Shown: piece by piece, positions 27,664 to 41,496 of the stretch
How positions within the stretch are numbered: the first letter of the stretch is position 1
Layout of the letters: each line of letters starts with the position of its first letter
Origin: Neocallimastix sp. 'constans'
Taxonomy: Eukaryota
Assembly (NCBI GenBank): GCA_050613775.1
Contig: JBODTK010000157.1
Location: 62,001-126,000, forward strand
DNA: 64,000 nucleotides
Reading direction: 5' to 3'
Position numbers and translations under genes: made by a program
The notes under the pieces: model-generated
The model's input: the letters and a program-made list of their open reading frames with translations, nothing else
What the model was told of the DNA's origin: nothing
Databases searched by the model: none

Positions 27664-28281
27664 TATAATTGTTATTATTATTTTTATTCTTATTTTTTGC
27701 TAAAGTATGAAAAGAACATAATTAAAGTTAAATAAAAATTATTTCAATGACATAAAGAATTCAATAATATTTAAATATAATATAGTAAAAAGAAAGTATT
27801 AATATTTTAATTTATACCTTCCATAATAAATTAACTACTTAAAAATAGGTTATCATATAAATAGATAATGTAAATAATGTAAATAGATAATAATTATATA
27901 TTATATAATAATATTGAATAAATAATACCATTATAAATACATAATAATAATAATATAAAATAAATAATTATTGAATAATTTATATTTAATATAGAGACAT
28001 ATAATAAGAATATTTATAAAAAAATAATTTAAATATTTTAAGGAATAAATAATTAAAACAAATTTAGGAATTATAGAGTAATGTCAAAAATATAATATAT
28101 ATAAAAATATATAAAAACTGAATTTATATGTTCATATAATAGTTGTAGTTAATACATTGAAAATTATTTTTTTAGTTCGAATTAATAATAAATTAATATT
28201 TATTATTAATTACAGCAAATATTAATAAATAATAATACAATAAAAAATAATACAACAAAAATAATAATAATAATAATAATA

Positions 28282-28384
<103 letters not shown>

Positions 28385-29673
28385 TTGTGATAGTGATATA
28401 GAATAATAATAATAATATTGAATAATAATAATAATATTGAATAATAATAATAATATTGAATAATAATAATAATAATAATAATAATATAGAAGAATAATAA
28501 TATAGAACAATAATTAAAAAACAAAAGCTAATAATTACATATTTTTATTATTATTAATTATTTTTATTATTATTAATAATAAAAAAAATGATTATATATA
28601 TATATATAATATATAATATTTGAAATATTTAAAATTAAAAACTTTTATGATTATTATTTAGTGAAAAAATAAAATTTTTTTATTCTTTTGTTTTTTATTT
28701 AATCTTACTAAATATAAATATGCGCAAGAAATGATATGAAATAAATATATATATATATATTTTTTTTAATTTTATTTATATATAAAAAGTATAAGAGATG
28801 ATACATTGAACATTTGAATTCTTAGTTTAATTATTTATAAATATAAAATTAAAAATTATAAAATATAAAAAATTATAAATATATAATTATAAAATATATA
28901 ATTATAAATATAATTTTAAATATATAAAATATAAAATATATGTATTGTATAATATCTATACATTATAAAAATTAAAATATTAAATATTTTTCAATTTTGC
29001 AACATTTAACTCAAATAATTTTATTAGTTCATTAGAGAAACTACTAAAACGTTTTGTTATACAATTTAATATTTTGTACCTTTAAATTAATATAAATATG
29101 TGATCCGTGCTTTTTTTTATTTATTTAAAGAATATAATAATTGAAAAAAGCAAAAGTCATACTTAAACTATTGAAATATTTTTTAATATATTTTTAATTA
29201 GATTAATTTATTTATTCACTTTATTCGTATGTTTATAAAATTTTAATAATTATTATTTTTAAAACTATTGTTTTATTAAAAAAATCATTAATATTTAAAA
29301 CTCATAGAATATTAATAATTAAGATTTCCTTTTTTTTTTTTTAGTACTACAAAAAAAAAAATATTATTTCTTATTATTTTTTATTATTATTATTATTATT
29401 ATAATTTTTTTGCCATTTATTATTGTTATTATTATTAATAATATTATTATTTATGATAATATAATATGTTAGGTTGTACAGTAACCCTTAGTAATATAGA
29501 AAATTAATTTTAATTTAAAAGTTAAAAATATATTTAAAATTATAATACTAATTTTAATATATATAAAATATTAATAAAAAAAATTTTTTTAATATATTTA
29601 TTGTAAATCATTTTAGGGTTTCATTATAAACTTTAATTTATTATAAAGAATAATTAATTAAAAATGGAAAAGG

Positions 29674-29747
29674 TATATAAATATTTAAATTTTCTTCTTT
29701 TTTTTTTTCAATAAATCATTTTTTAAAATAAGTCCTTTAAATAAGGA
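29674..29747 (+). promoter_or_regulatory. Putative GH1 promoter/5' motif, copy 3
   Basis: TATATAAA..., T-tract, CCTTTAAATAAGGA at 29734-29747. Confidence 0.5.
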
Positions 29748-29847
29748 GAAAAAAATAGATTTAAAAAAAAATATTATTTAAGTTAAATTATCATTTATTA
29801 ATAATAAATATAGATTATTTATTTTTTAATTTATTAAATTATTAAGG

Positions 29848-31806
29848 ATGAAGACTCTTACTATTTTCACTACTTTATTAGCTGTTTCTGCTGCTAAGAA
29901 ATGTATTGTTAAGGAACCAGCCAACGCTGCTGAAGTTGCCGATGTTGCTTCTGAAGCTGAAACTGAAGCTGCCGTCGTTTCTGATGATGAAACTAAACCA
30001 ATCGAAGATGATGAAGATTCTGCTGATGAACCAGAAAAGAAGGGAAAACTCCCATCTGACTTCAAATGGGGTGCTGCTACTGCTGCTTACCAAGTTGAAG
30101 GTGCCTGGAATGTAGATGGTCGTGGTGAATCTGTCTGGGATCACTTCACTCACCTCTACCCAAAGAACGTTGAATCTGGTGACAGATCTAACAAAGATTC
30201 CACTAATGGTAATGTTGCTTGTGATTCTTACCACAAGTTCGATGAAGATGTTAAGATGATGAAAATCATGAACGCTAATCACTACCGTTTCTCCATCTCT
30301 TGGTCTCGTCTTTTCCCAAAGGGTGTAGCTAAGAAGGTTAATGGTAAATGGGAAGTTAACGAAAAGGGTGTTGAATACTATGATATGGTTATTAACACTC
30401 TTCTTGAAAACAACATTACTCCACTCGCTACTCTTTACCACTGGGATATGCCATATGCTCTTCATGAAAAGTATGGTGGTTGGTTAGATTACCGTTCTCA
30501 ATTCGATTTCGCCAACTACGCTGAATTCTGTTTCGAACACTTTGGTGATCGTGTTAAGGGATGGATTACCATTAATGAACCATGGGTTAACTGTGTTGCC
30601 GGTTACAAGAACGGTCCAGGTAAAGCTCCATACAGATGTACTGGTGAAGCTCCACGTAAGCTTGCCAATGACACCACTGGTCTTGATTTAGAAGGAGGTT
30701 GTTCCTATGAAATTGGTCCAACTAAGTACACTAAGGATTCTGAAGAACTTCCAGCTAATCGTCCACCACAAAAGTTAGAAGATGTCTGGTGTTCTCACAA
30801 CATTCTTCTTGGTCACGCTCAAGCTGTCAAGGTTTACCGTGAAAAGTTCCAAAAGAAGCAAAAGGGTCTCATTGGTATTACCATTGATGGTGAAGCTCAA
30901 ATTCCATATGAAGAAGCTGGTATGAGTGAAGAAGAATATGAAAACAACAAGAAGTACGCTAATTTAGCTGCTGAATTCCGTATTGGTTGGTACTCTGATC
31001 CAGTTATTTTCGGTGATTACCCAGAATCCGTTAAGCAAAGAAATGGTAAGGATTTACCAGAATTCACAGCTGAAGAAAAGAAGTTATTAAAGGGATCTTC
31101 CTCTGACTTCTTAGGTTGGAACACTTACACTTCTCACTGGGCTGCTCAAGTCAAGAATGAAGATGGTAGCTATGTTGAACCACCAAGTGATGAAGAAGCT
31201 AGCTACGATAACTCTAAGAGAGATATGTGGGATGATAACTGTAAGGGACGTGGAGATGGTTGGACTTGTATTCCACCAACTCTTGGTTCTCAAGCTGGTT
31301 CATCCTGGAACACCAAGTATGGTCCAACTATTCGTGTTGGTCTTAACTGGTTCTCTAAGCGTTATGAAGGTCTCATCAAGAACGGTATCATTATTACCGA
31401 AAACGGTTGTGCCCAACCAAACTACAAGGTTAGCCGTGCCAATGATCAAGTTACTCTTGATTACTGGAAGTCTATTGGTAAGGAAGAATATGCCGATACC
31501 TATGATGAAGACATTATTGAAGATGAAAAGAATCTTGATGGTACTCTTATCCATGATACTTACCGTATTGACTGGTACAAGCAATACCTTGAAAACCTTC
31601 GTCTTGCTTATGTCGAAGATGGTGTTGATGTTCGTGGTTACATGGCCTGGTCTTTAGTTGATAACTTCGAATGGGAAAATGGTTATGAAACTCGTTTCGG
31701 TATGAGTTACATTGACTTCTACAATGACAAGGATTTAAAGCGTGTTCCAAAGGATTCTCTTACCTTCCTTGGTCAATGGTACTTAGAAAACGTTGAACAA
31801 GAATAA
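29848..31806 (+). CDS. bglA: GH1 beta-glucosidase, copy 3
   Basis: Same 652-aa protein; differs from copy 1 only at IIEDEK versus IIENEK by my comparison. Confidence 0.96.
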   Translation: MKTLTIFTTLLAVSAAKKCIVKEPANAAEVADVASEAETEAAVVSDDETKPIEDDEDSADEPEKKGKLPSDFKWGAATAAYQVEGAWNVDGRGESVWDHFTHLYPKNVESGDRSNKDSTNGNVACDSYHKFDEDVKMMKIMNANHYRFSISWSRLFPKGVAKKVNGKWEVNEKGVEYYDMVINTLLENNITPLATLYHWDMPYALHEKYGGWLDYRSQFDFANYAEFCFEHFGDRVKGWITINEPWVNCVAGYKNGPGKAPYRCTGEAPRKLANDTTGLDLEGGCSYEIGPTKYTKDSEELPANRPPQKLEDVWCSHNILLGHAQAVKVYREKFQKKQKGLIGITIDGEAQIPYEEAGMSEEEYENNKKYANLAAEFRIGWYSDPVIFGDYPESVKQRNGKDLPEFTAEEKKLLKGSSSDFLGWNTYTSHWAAQVKNEDGSYVEPPSDEEASYDNSKRDMWDDNCKGRGDGWTCIPPTLGSQAGSSWNTKYGPTIRVGLNWFSKRYEGLIKNGIIITENGCAQPNYKVSRANDQVTLDYWKSIGKEEYADTYDEDIIEDEKNLDGTLIHDTYRIDWYKQYLENLRLAYVEDGVDVRGYMAWSLVDNFEWENGYETRFGMSYIDFYNDKDLKRVPKDSLTFLGQWYLENVEQE

Positions 31807-32639
31807 ATTTAATAAATTATAAATAAATGATTAACTTTTGAATGAGTATATAATAAAATTTTAGTTCAAAAAAGATATATAATGTTTAATTCAAAACTAA
31901 AAGATAAAAATAAAAATAAAAAGAAGACAAAAAAAAAGAAAAAAATATATAAAATCTAAAAAAAAAAGAAGTTATATATATATTAAGTGAAAGAAAAATG
32001 TAATATTAAAAACATAAATTTTAATTATAATTAAAATAATAAGTGATGAAAAATTATTAAAAAAAGTTAATCATAAAAAATATAGAAAAATATAAATAAT
32101 AAAATAGAAATTATAAAAAAGAATAATAATAAATAAAATAAAAAATTAAAAAAAAAAAAAGAAAATATTTGAAATTGAGTAAATTTTGTATTAGTAATGT
32201 CTATTTATTTTAATGAGGATAATATAATATTTAGGATTGAATTGATTTTTTTTTTTTTTTTTTAAAAAAATGGTGGATTATGGAATTTTTGTTATAAAGA
32301 AAAAAAAAAAAAGAGTAAAAATATTATTAATGAAAAGAAGTGGAAATATTCATAAATTATTACATTATTTGAGGGTTAAACATGATATTTATTTATGTAT
32401 TGAGCAAATGAATTTTTTAACTTTTTTATTATTATTATTATTATTAAGAAATTTATATTCATATTTATATTTGGAGGATCTTTAATTTTATTTGGTTTTC
32501 TCTTCAGTAATGATAAACAAATGAAATTTTTTATTATTTTTTTTAATAGCAAAGAAAAATTATTAGCGAAGATAAAGAAATAAATTCTAATTTACATCAT
32601 AATATATTACTATTACTGAGAAATTAGGTAATTTGCTCT

Positions 32640-35600
32640 CTAAATTTAGTAATTAGAAAATGAAAATTCTTCCCTTATGGGGCTCCTCATTTTCATGGAG
32701 TAGAGGTAACAGAGAATCTGATATAGATCATGCGATTGTCAATGATCGGTCATATGTTTGATTTACTTTCATATGGTACTTTTATTGACTTTCCCCCTAT
32801 TTCGGATCATAAGCCTTTATTAATTAGATAATTTAGAAAATTCTTTCTCCCTTGCCTAAAAAGACAGTTAAATGGGATAGATTAAAAATATATTAATGAA
32901 AAAGAATCAATTTCTGACAATAACTATTTTAGTGTATTAGAGGAAGTGATTCTAGATCCTAATAATAGTATTGATGATGTTTCTTAGAAATTTATATCTA
33001 CTTCATTCAATATTGCTAAAGAACTTAATATCACATCAATGTCAGAGGTAAGAAAATCTTTTTTTTCATATGTCACAGAAAATATTTAATTTGCAAAAAC
33101 TCAAAATGAAATTATATAAAGCCATTAAAAGAAGAAGAGGTTCTTATCATAATTTAGATGAATTTGAAGAATTAATTGAAAAATATAATAGAATGTGCAA
33201 AAATTATTTATCATATGTGTAATATTTATAGGAAAACTGAATACCAACATTGGATCAATACAGGATGTGAATATATGAAATCTCATAACCCAAAGAAAGC
33301 TTGGAAATGGCTTAAAACAACAGCAAAAGTAGATAAATTTAAAAAAAATATGTAAAATTCTCCAGTAAAGGACAAAAATGGTAAATTAGCTACTTCTACT
33401 AAAGAACAGTTAGAAGTATGACACAATCACTATAAAAAAAACTTGTATCAAGCCATTCCGATATCAATAGTGCATTAATCGAATGGGCTAATAAATTTTC
33501 CAATGGTACAATCAGGTATACGAGACACAATGAATGGAATTATAAATCATGGCATCAGTATGGAAGAATTTAAAGAAGTAATATTCGCTACTCCAAATTA
33601 TAAAGCTTCAGGCCAGGATGAAATTCCCTATTGAATTTTTTGTAAAGCTTTAATTCTTCCAGATGACGAAAATTCAGCAAATAATTCTGCTTCTGGTTTA
33701 AATTGTTTACAGAAGATATTCTCTAGACTTTGGAATGGAGAATTTCCTAGCACATGGAATGACGCAAGTATTATATCTATTCCTAAAAAAAAAGGAGATG
33801 ATCTTTCTGATTGTGACAATTATCGATGTATCTCTCTGATTAACAATGGTATAAAACTCATTTCGAAAATAGTCTCCAAAAGAATTTCGGAATATGGACT
33901 TAAAAAATAATTTTATTAGACCAGAGCAATTTGGATTTCGTAATAAAGAAGAATGTGTTAGTTTATTTATTTCAATTCGAAAAATTTGTCAAAGGCGTAA
34001 AAATGATAATAAAGAAACTTACCTTGCTTTTCTAGATTTAAAAAAAGGCATATGATTCTGTTCCAATAGGTAATATTTTATATAAATTAGATGCTTTAGG
34101 TAATTAGAGGTAAATGTTATCAATTTATAAAAAATCTATAGTTGACTTCCAAAGCCAGTGTTAAAATTGATGATCAATATTCGGAATCTTTTAATATTAT
34201 GAAAGGAGTTAGACAAGGTTGTTCCACTATCACCAATTCTTTTCAATCTATTTATTAATGACATTTTTAATGATTTTTTCAGAACTTGGAATTCCTTTAG
34301 GCGAATCTAGATGTTGTGTTGTGGTGGACTCTTTACAGATGATATTGTTCTATGCGCACCGTCAAGAACTAAGTTAAAAAAAAAAAATGCTTAAGAAGGT
34401 AAATGAATGAGCTAAATTTAATATGATGAATTTTGGAATTAACAAGTGTGCAACAATGGTGATTCGATCCGACACACCTCTTTTTCAAAATAAAAGAGAT
34501 CCTACTTTTTATCTTGCTGGTCAACCAATCTCAATAACTAAATGTTATACCTATTTAGGTATACCACTTGATAAAATCTTATCGTTGAACCCTATTATTA
34601 GATTACTTAACTCTAAAGTTACTAAAGATCTCTTTTCTGTTAGTAAATTTCTTTCAAATTCCAAAATTCCTATTCCATATAAGAAGGTTATAATTAATTC
34701 CTATGTACTTATTAAAGTCTCTTACTTTGCACCTTTAGCTTGGTTTAAATAAAGCGAGAATAAATAATACTCAGAAATTAATTAATAAAGGATTAAGATG
34801 GATTGCAGGTTTACAAAAAGCCAAATCTTTTATTAATATATATTCTATTTTTCAAAAGATTTTAAATATTTCTCCATTATCAGCAAAGTGTGCTTTGTCT
34901 CAAGTCAAATGTTTTGATAAATGGAAAGATTCAAATTGTATTATTTCCTATTTAGTTAATAATATTTCAAAATCTAGAAAATATACATGGACAAAAGAAA
35001 GTGGAACTCTTAAACGTAAACTAGAGAAAAGAGGTAATAACGATAATAAAATCAAGGATTTTTATTGGAAAAGAGATATGAATATCAATTCTATTAAAGC
35101 TGAATTTTATGACAAAAATAGATTCGAAGAAACATCAAATTTTATAAAATTTTGTTATGAATATCCTGATCTTTCATATGGTTTCTATTGACTATTGAGA
35201 GCACGAAGTGGATATAGATTAGATGCTAGAATTGCTAAAGCTGCAAAAATAATAGAATCAAAGTGTGTCCTAATTTTTGTCCCTGTTGTAACAGTAATAA
35301 ACAATGGATAAGGCATTGGTTAATTGATTGTCCATTTTTCAATCATATTCGTAGTAAAGTTAATGATAAAATTTTATTTTTATATAATGCTTTTAACCGT
35401 GGCAACCTAACAAATGATATTGTTAATAGTAATAATGATAATAGCAACAGTAATAATAGTAATAGTAATAATAGTAATAGTAATAATAATAATAGTAATA
35501 ATAGTAATAGTAATAATAGTAATAATAATAGTAATAATAGTTTTAGTAATAATAGTAATAGTATTATTAGTAATGTTAGTAATAGTATTGAAAATAATGT

Positions 35601-36123
35601 GTATGTTGATTCTAGTATGTGTGAAAAAGTGTTTAATTTCCTTCTTGGAGGCAGAAGTATTAATAACAGTACAAGGGAATGGAAGGATCTATTTAAGTGC
35701 CAGATGAAATCAGGTGCTTATTCTGATACTCCATTCTTAGTGGTTACTGCGGCTCTTCTTCAATCGATTATACCTATTGCTATTGGCCAGCAATGATCTT
35801 TGTTCAATAGGTTCAAATCGAATCGTACTACTACTACCAAGAGCATCAATGCTGAAGAAACAGTAAGACAGGCCAGCAGGGCTAGGGCAACCAATGAAGA
35901 TCATAATTTCGTATCTTAAAATTATGATTAACATTGTGAAGTCTAAATTAATTATTCAGTCTAATAATGCCCTTGTGAAGTCTTACAGATATTAATTAAA
36001 TGAAATTAGAATATATTATACCATTATTTTATTTTATTTTATTTTGTGTTTTTTCAAATATTTAATATTTAATTAATAAAGATGAAACAAGTTTACTGCC
36101 ATTAATATATATATATATATATA
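32640..36123 (+). mobile_element. Degenerate 5'-truncated non-LTR retrotransposon (LINE family A): APE end, RT, Cys/His finger, 3' UTR, (AT)n tail
   Basis: Across frameshifts: SDIDHAIV/ISDHKP (APE C-terminus), NYRCISL, RPEQFGFR, AFLDLKK, GVRQG, LFTDDIV, FGINKC, YTYLGI, CPNFCPCC...HWLIDC. Many stops. Confidence 0.9.
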
Positions 36124-37020
36124 TTACCATAAGATTCTCATTATATTTTTATTACTATATTTCATTTTAATGATAATAATTTTATAATTTTTCTAAAAAA
36201 AAATAAAATTTATTTATCATTTTATTTCTTTACATAAATTGTTTTTTTTTATTTTACTTTATTTTTATTTTTTAATCTTTAACAAAACATTTGTATAAAT
36301 ATATAGAACATATTTTTATATAGAACATATTTTATAATTATTTTATATAAAAATATTGAAACACTTTTATAATAATTATTATTATTGTTGTTTCATCTGT
36401 TTTTGAAAGAATATAAATTATATCCTTATTCATATATAAATCTTTATTAAAGATCATAGAATTTATGCTTTTAATATCAAAATTATTATAATTATGTTTA
36501 TGAATAAATAACATACTTCTATTTATAAATAATGATAAAAATTATAAATGATATTTTATTATTTCAAATAATTAAATTTTTATATTAGTTTATAAAAATA
36601 AAAATTAAAAGATCATATATATATTTTTATTCAATATTCTTTCAGTTTTTCATTTATGAATTGTGAAAAATTTTTAATTATATTATTTAATGAAAAAAAA
36701 ACTTTAATTATTAATATTCCATATTGTACATTTTAAAGATTAATTTAAAAAACAATTTTTTGAATAATAATAAAAAAAAAAATAATTAATAAATTAATAG
36801 AATACTTTTATTAATAATAATAATAATAATAATAATCAATAATTATACAAAATAATATTAATAATACTAATAAATAATAATTCTTTAATTAAATTTTATT
36901 ACATAAATTAATATATATAAAACAATAATATTAATTAAAGTTGGTGAATAGTAATTTGGTTGGTAAAAAGATTTTCATTTATATAAACCATACAAATAAT
37001 TAATATAAGTAAAAAAAAAA

Positions 37021-37508
37021 GTTATTATAATTATTGTTCATGAATTAATAGCAACATCACCATTTCCTTCCTCATGATTTCACTATGCATGACAAATTTT
37101 GTTTCAAGTTGATAAATTACCATTAAATGAATCATGAGTTAACTGTGTTGCTGGTTCACAAGAATATGGATCAGATATAGCTCTACATAAGGATATATAT
37201 TCGTGAAAGCTTCATGTAAACATGCTAAGGACATTTACATGTCTTTGATTTAGAAAGAAGTTACTTTTATAAAATATGATCAATAAGTTATACTAATAAT
37301 TCTGAAGAACTTTCATGCCTAAATTCCTAGTCTTTACTTAATAACTTTGAAATGAGAAAATTATTTACAAAAGTCTTTTTTTTTTATTTCGTTTCGGTTA
37401 TGACCTATATTGATATTTTATGACAAAGAATTAAAGTATGTTTCGTAGTATTCTCTCTCACACTTATTTTGGTTAAAGCTACTAAAAAAAAAAGATGTAA
37501 AGGAATAA
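37021..37508 (+). pseudogene. Decayed, internally deleted fifth GH1 copy
   Basis: attaccattaaatgaatcatgagttaactgtgttgctggtt matches the ITINEPWVNCVAG codons; tttgatttagaaagaag and ttctgaagaacttt match DLEGG and SEELP. The match then jumps to the gene's 3' end (ataactttgaaatgagaaaat, cgtttcggttatg, gacaaagaattaaag, gaataa). Many indels. Confidence 0.85.
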
Positions 37509-37654
37509 ATTATTAATAATAATAAAATAATAATAATAATAAAAAAAAAAGCTTTGTATTAAAAATTTAGCTTCCTAAATTATATATGATAATTATGATC
37601 TAAAAAAATTTTTATAAATTATTAAACAAATGATCATTATTAATAAATATTAAC

Positions 37655-37691
<37 letters not shown>

Positions 37692-37725
37692 TAATAAATA
37701 ATAAAGAATAAATAAATAATAATAT

Positions 37726-37787
<62 letters not shown>

Positions 37788-37814
37788 ATAAATAATAATA
37801 ATAATAATAATAAT

Positions 37815-37849
<35 letters not shown>

Positions 37850-37871
37850 ATAAATAATAATAATAATTAAT

Positions 37872-37908
<37 letters not shown>

Positions 37909-37930
37909 TAAATAATAAATAATAAATAAT

Positions 37931-37972
<42 letters not shown>

Positions 37973-38410
37973 GGAAAACTATATCATTTAATTGGAATTA
38001 AAATTAAGTGGATTAAAAAAAATTAACTATTTAAAACTTTTGAAACTTTCATTATTTTTTTTTATTGGTTAATAAAATATATTAAAAATTTTAAATAATT
38101 ATTTCATTAATAAAAAATAAATAAAAATATTTAATCGAAAAAGGGGGGTTTTTCTATCATCATTGAAATTTTAATTAAAAATTTGAAGAAGAAGAAAATA
38201 AAAATAAAAATACATATATAAATATATATATTAAATTAATTATATATATAAGTTTTTTTTAATTTTTTAATAAAGAAATTAGAATTAAAATAAAAAAAAA
38301 ATAAAATAAAAAAAGATAAAAATAAAATAAAAAGTACTAAAATTTTAATTCTCGAAAGTGTTGTCGTTGTCATTTCATTTAATATTAAATAAAAATTTTC
38401 TTTTAAAATA

Positions 38411-38454
<44 letters not shown>

Positions 38455-39537
38455 AGTTTAAACTCATCATGTTATTTTGACAATTGCATTTAATTAAAAT
38501 CCATTCATGAAGAATAAAAAAATTGTTAGAAAAATGATTAATTTTCATTTTCCAAACTTTTAATATTTTTTCTTTTTTTTTTCAATTTTTTATTAAATAA
38601 AAAAAAATTCTTAATATTTTATAATAGTAGTTTAAATTAATATATCAAACAAATTGACTTTAAAATTTTTATTAATTAATTTTCTGTACAACCATTTAAA
38701 TCTTTCTATTTTTTTTAAATATTATTATTTATTATTATAAATTATTAGTATTACTATTATAACTATTTATTATTATGTATTATTAAAAACATGATTATTA
38801 TTTATTGTTATAAAAACATTTTAATAAAAATTTATATATTTAATACATATATATAAACTTTTAATTCATTAATTTTTAGTGCAACCATTAAAATTTCATT
38901 TTCAATTAATTTCAATTTATTTATAATTAAATTTTTTTTAAAATAATAATATTATGAATATTATTAATATTTAAATTGTTCTATATGAAAAAACAAAAAA
39001 ATAATAAATAAAAAAAAAAAGGAAAATAAATAAAAATAAAATTAAATTAAATAAAAATAAATATGATTGTGTTAAATAAAATTTTACCAACTATATCATT
39101 TGTTTAATTTAATTTATATTGAAAATGATTATTATTATTATTTTTTCTTTCTTTCTTTTTGTTTTTAATTAAATATTAAGGTTAATTATACGAAAAAAAA
39201 ATATTTTTTTTTTTCATAATAAATTTTTGATTTTTTTTAGACTATAAATAATTCAATAAATTACCAAAAAAAAAAAAAATAATTAATTAATTTCAAATAT
39301 AAATTTTTTTTTTTTTTTTTATTTGAAGTTTGTAAATTAAATAAATATAAATAATAATAATAAATAATAAAATAAAACAATTATAATATTGCATTTAATA
39401 TTAATTATTATTAATATAGCTGTAATAAAAATTAATAATTCATAATATATAAATTAATTTGAAAATAAATAAATTAAAAAATAAATAAATAATATAAAAT
39501 AATAATAATATTAATAATTTAAATTAAAGATTAAAAA

Positions 39538-41496
39538 ATGAAGACTCTTACTATTTTCACTACTTTATTGGCTGTTTCTGCTGCTAAGAAGTGCATTGTT
39601 AAGGAACCAGCTAATGCTGCTGAAGTTGCCGATGTTGCTTCTGAAGCTGAAAATGAAACTGCAGTCGTTTCTGATGATGAAACTAAACCAATTGAAGATG
39701 ATGAAGATTCTGCTGATGAACCAGAAAAGAAGGGAAAACTCCCATCTGACTTCAAATGGGGTGCTGCTACTGCTGCTTACCAAGTTGAAGGTGCCTGGAA
39801 TGTAGATGGTCGTGGTGAATCTGTCTGGGATCACTTCACTCACCTCTACCCAAAGAACGTTGAATCTGGTGACAGATCTAACAAAGATTCCACTAACGGT
39901 AATGTTGCTTGTGATTCTTACCACAAGTTCGATGAAGATGTTAAGATGATGAAAATCATGAACGCTAATCACTACCGTTTCTCCATCTCTTGGTCTCGTC
40001 TTTTCCCAAAGGGTGTAGCTAAGAAGGTTAATGGTAAATGGGAAGTTAACGAAAAGGGTGTTGAATACTATGATATGGTTATTAACACTCTTCTTGAAAA
40101 CAACATTACTCCACTCGCTACTCTTTACCACTGGGATATGCCATATGCTCTTCATGAAAAGTATGGTGGTTGGTTAGATTACCGTTCCCAATACGATTTC
40201 GCCAACTACGCTGAATTCTGTTTCGAACACTTTGGTGATCGTGTTAAGGGATGGATTACCATTAATGAACCATGGGTTAACTGTGTTGCCGGTTACAAGA
40301 ACGGTCCAGGTAAAGCTCCATACAGATGTACTGGTGAAGCTCCACGTAAGCTTGCCAATGACACCACTGGTCTTGATTTAGAAGGAGGTTGTTCCTATGA
40401 AATTGGTCCAACTAAGTACACTAAGGATTCTGAAGAACTTCCAGCTAATCGTCCACCACAAAAGTTAGAAGATGTCTGGTGTTCTCACAACATTCTTCTT
40501 GGTCATGCTCAAGCTGTCAAGGTTTACCGTGAAAAGTTCCAAAAGAAGCAAAAGGGTCTCATTGGTATTACCATTGATGGTGAAGCACAAATTCCATACG
40601 AAGAAGCTGGTATGAGTGAAGAAGAATATGAAAACAACAAGAAGTACGCTAACTTAGCTGCTGAATTCCGTATTGGTTGGTACTCTGATCCAGTTATTTT
40701 CGGTGATTACCCAGAATCCGTTAAGCAAAGAAATGGTAAGGATTTACCAGAATTCACAGCTGAAGAAAAGAAGTTATTAAAGGGATCCTCCTCTGACTTC
40801 TTAGGTTGGAACACTTACACTTCTCACTGGGCTGCTCAAGTCAAGAATGAAGATGGTAGCTATGTTGAACCACCAAGTGATGAAGAAGCTAGCTACGATA
40901 ACTCTAAGAGAGATATGTGGGATGATAACTGTAAGGGACGTGGAGATGGTTGGACTTGTATTCCACCAACTCTTGGTTCTCAAGCTGGTTCATCCTGGAA
41001 CACCAAGTATGGTCCAACTATTCGTGTTGGTCTTAACTGGTTCTCTAAGCGTTATGAAGGTCTCATCAAGAACGGTATCATCATTACCGAAAACGGTTGT
41101 GCCCAACCAAACTACAAGGTTAGCCGTGCCAATGATCAAGTTACTCTTGATTACTGGAAGTCTATTGGTAAGGAAGAATATGCCGATACCTATGATGAAG
41201 ACATTATTGAAGATGAAAAGAATCTTGATGGTACTCTTATCCACGATACTTACCGTATTGACTGGTACAAGCAATACCTTGAAAACCTTCGTCTTGCTTA
41301 TGTCGAAGATGGTGTTGATGTTCGTGGTTACATGGCCTGGTCTTTAGTTGATAACTTCGAATGGGAAAATGGTTATGAAACTCGTTTCGGTATGAGTTAC
41401 ATTGACTTCTACAATGACAAGGATTTAAAGCGTGTTCCAAAGGATTCTCTTACCTTCCTTGGTCAATGGTACTTAGAAAATGTTGAACAAGAATAA
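39538..41496 (+). CDS. bglA: GH1 beta-glucosidase, copy 4
   Basis: Same 652-aa protein; private variants AENETA and SQYDF. Confidence 0.96.
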   Translation: MKTLTIFTTLLAVSAAKKCIVKEPANAAEVADVASEAENETAVVSDDETKPIEDDEDSADEPEKKGKLPSDFKWGAATAAYQVEGAWNVDGRGESVWDHFTHLYPKNVESGDRSNKDSTNGNVACDSYHKFDEDVKMMKIMNANHYRFSISWSRLFPKGVAKKVNGKWEVNEKGVEYYDMVINTLLENNITPLATLYHWDMPYALHEKYGGWLDYRSQYDFANYAEFCFEHFGDRVKGWITINEPWVNCVAGYKNGPGKAPYRCTGEAPRKLANDTTGLDLEGGCSYEIGPTKYTKDSEELPANRPPQKLEDVWCSHNILLGHAQAVKVYREKFQKKQKGLIGITIDGEAQIPYEEAGMSEEEYENNKKYANLAAEFRIGWYSDPVIFGDYPESVKQRNGKDLPEFTAEEKKLLKGSSSDFLGWNTYTSHWAAQVKNEDGSYVEPPSDEEASYDNSKRDMWDDNCKGRGDGWTCIPPTLGSQAGSSWNTKYGPTIRVGLNWFSKRYEGLIKNGIIITENGCAQPNYKVSRANDQVTLDYWKSIGKEEYADTYDEDIIEDEKNLDGTLIHDTYRIDWYKQYLENLRLAYVEDGVDVRGYMAWSLVDNFEWENGYETRFGMSYIDFYNDKDLKRVPKDSLTFLGQWYLENVEQE

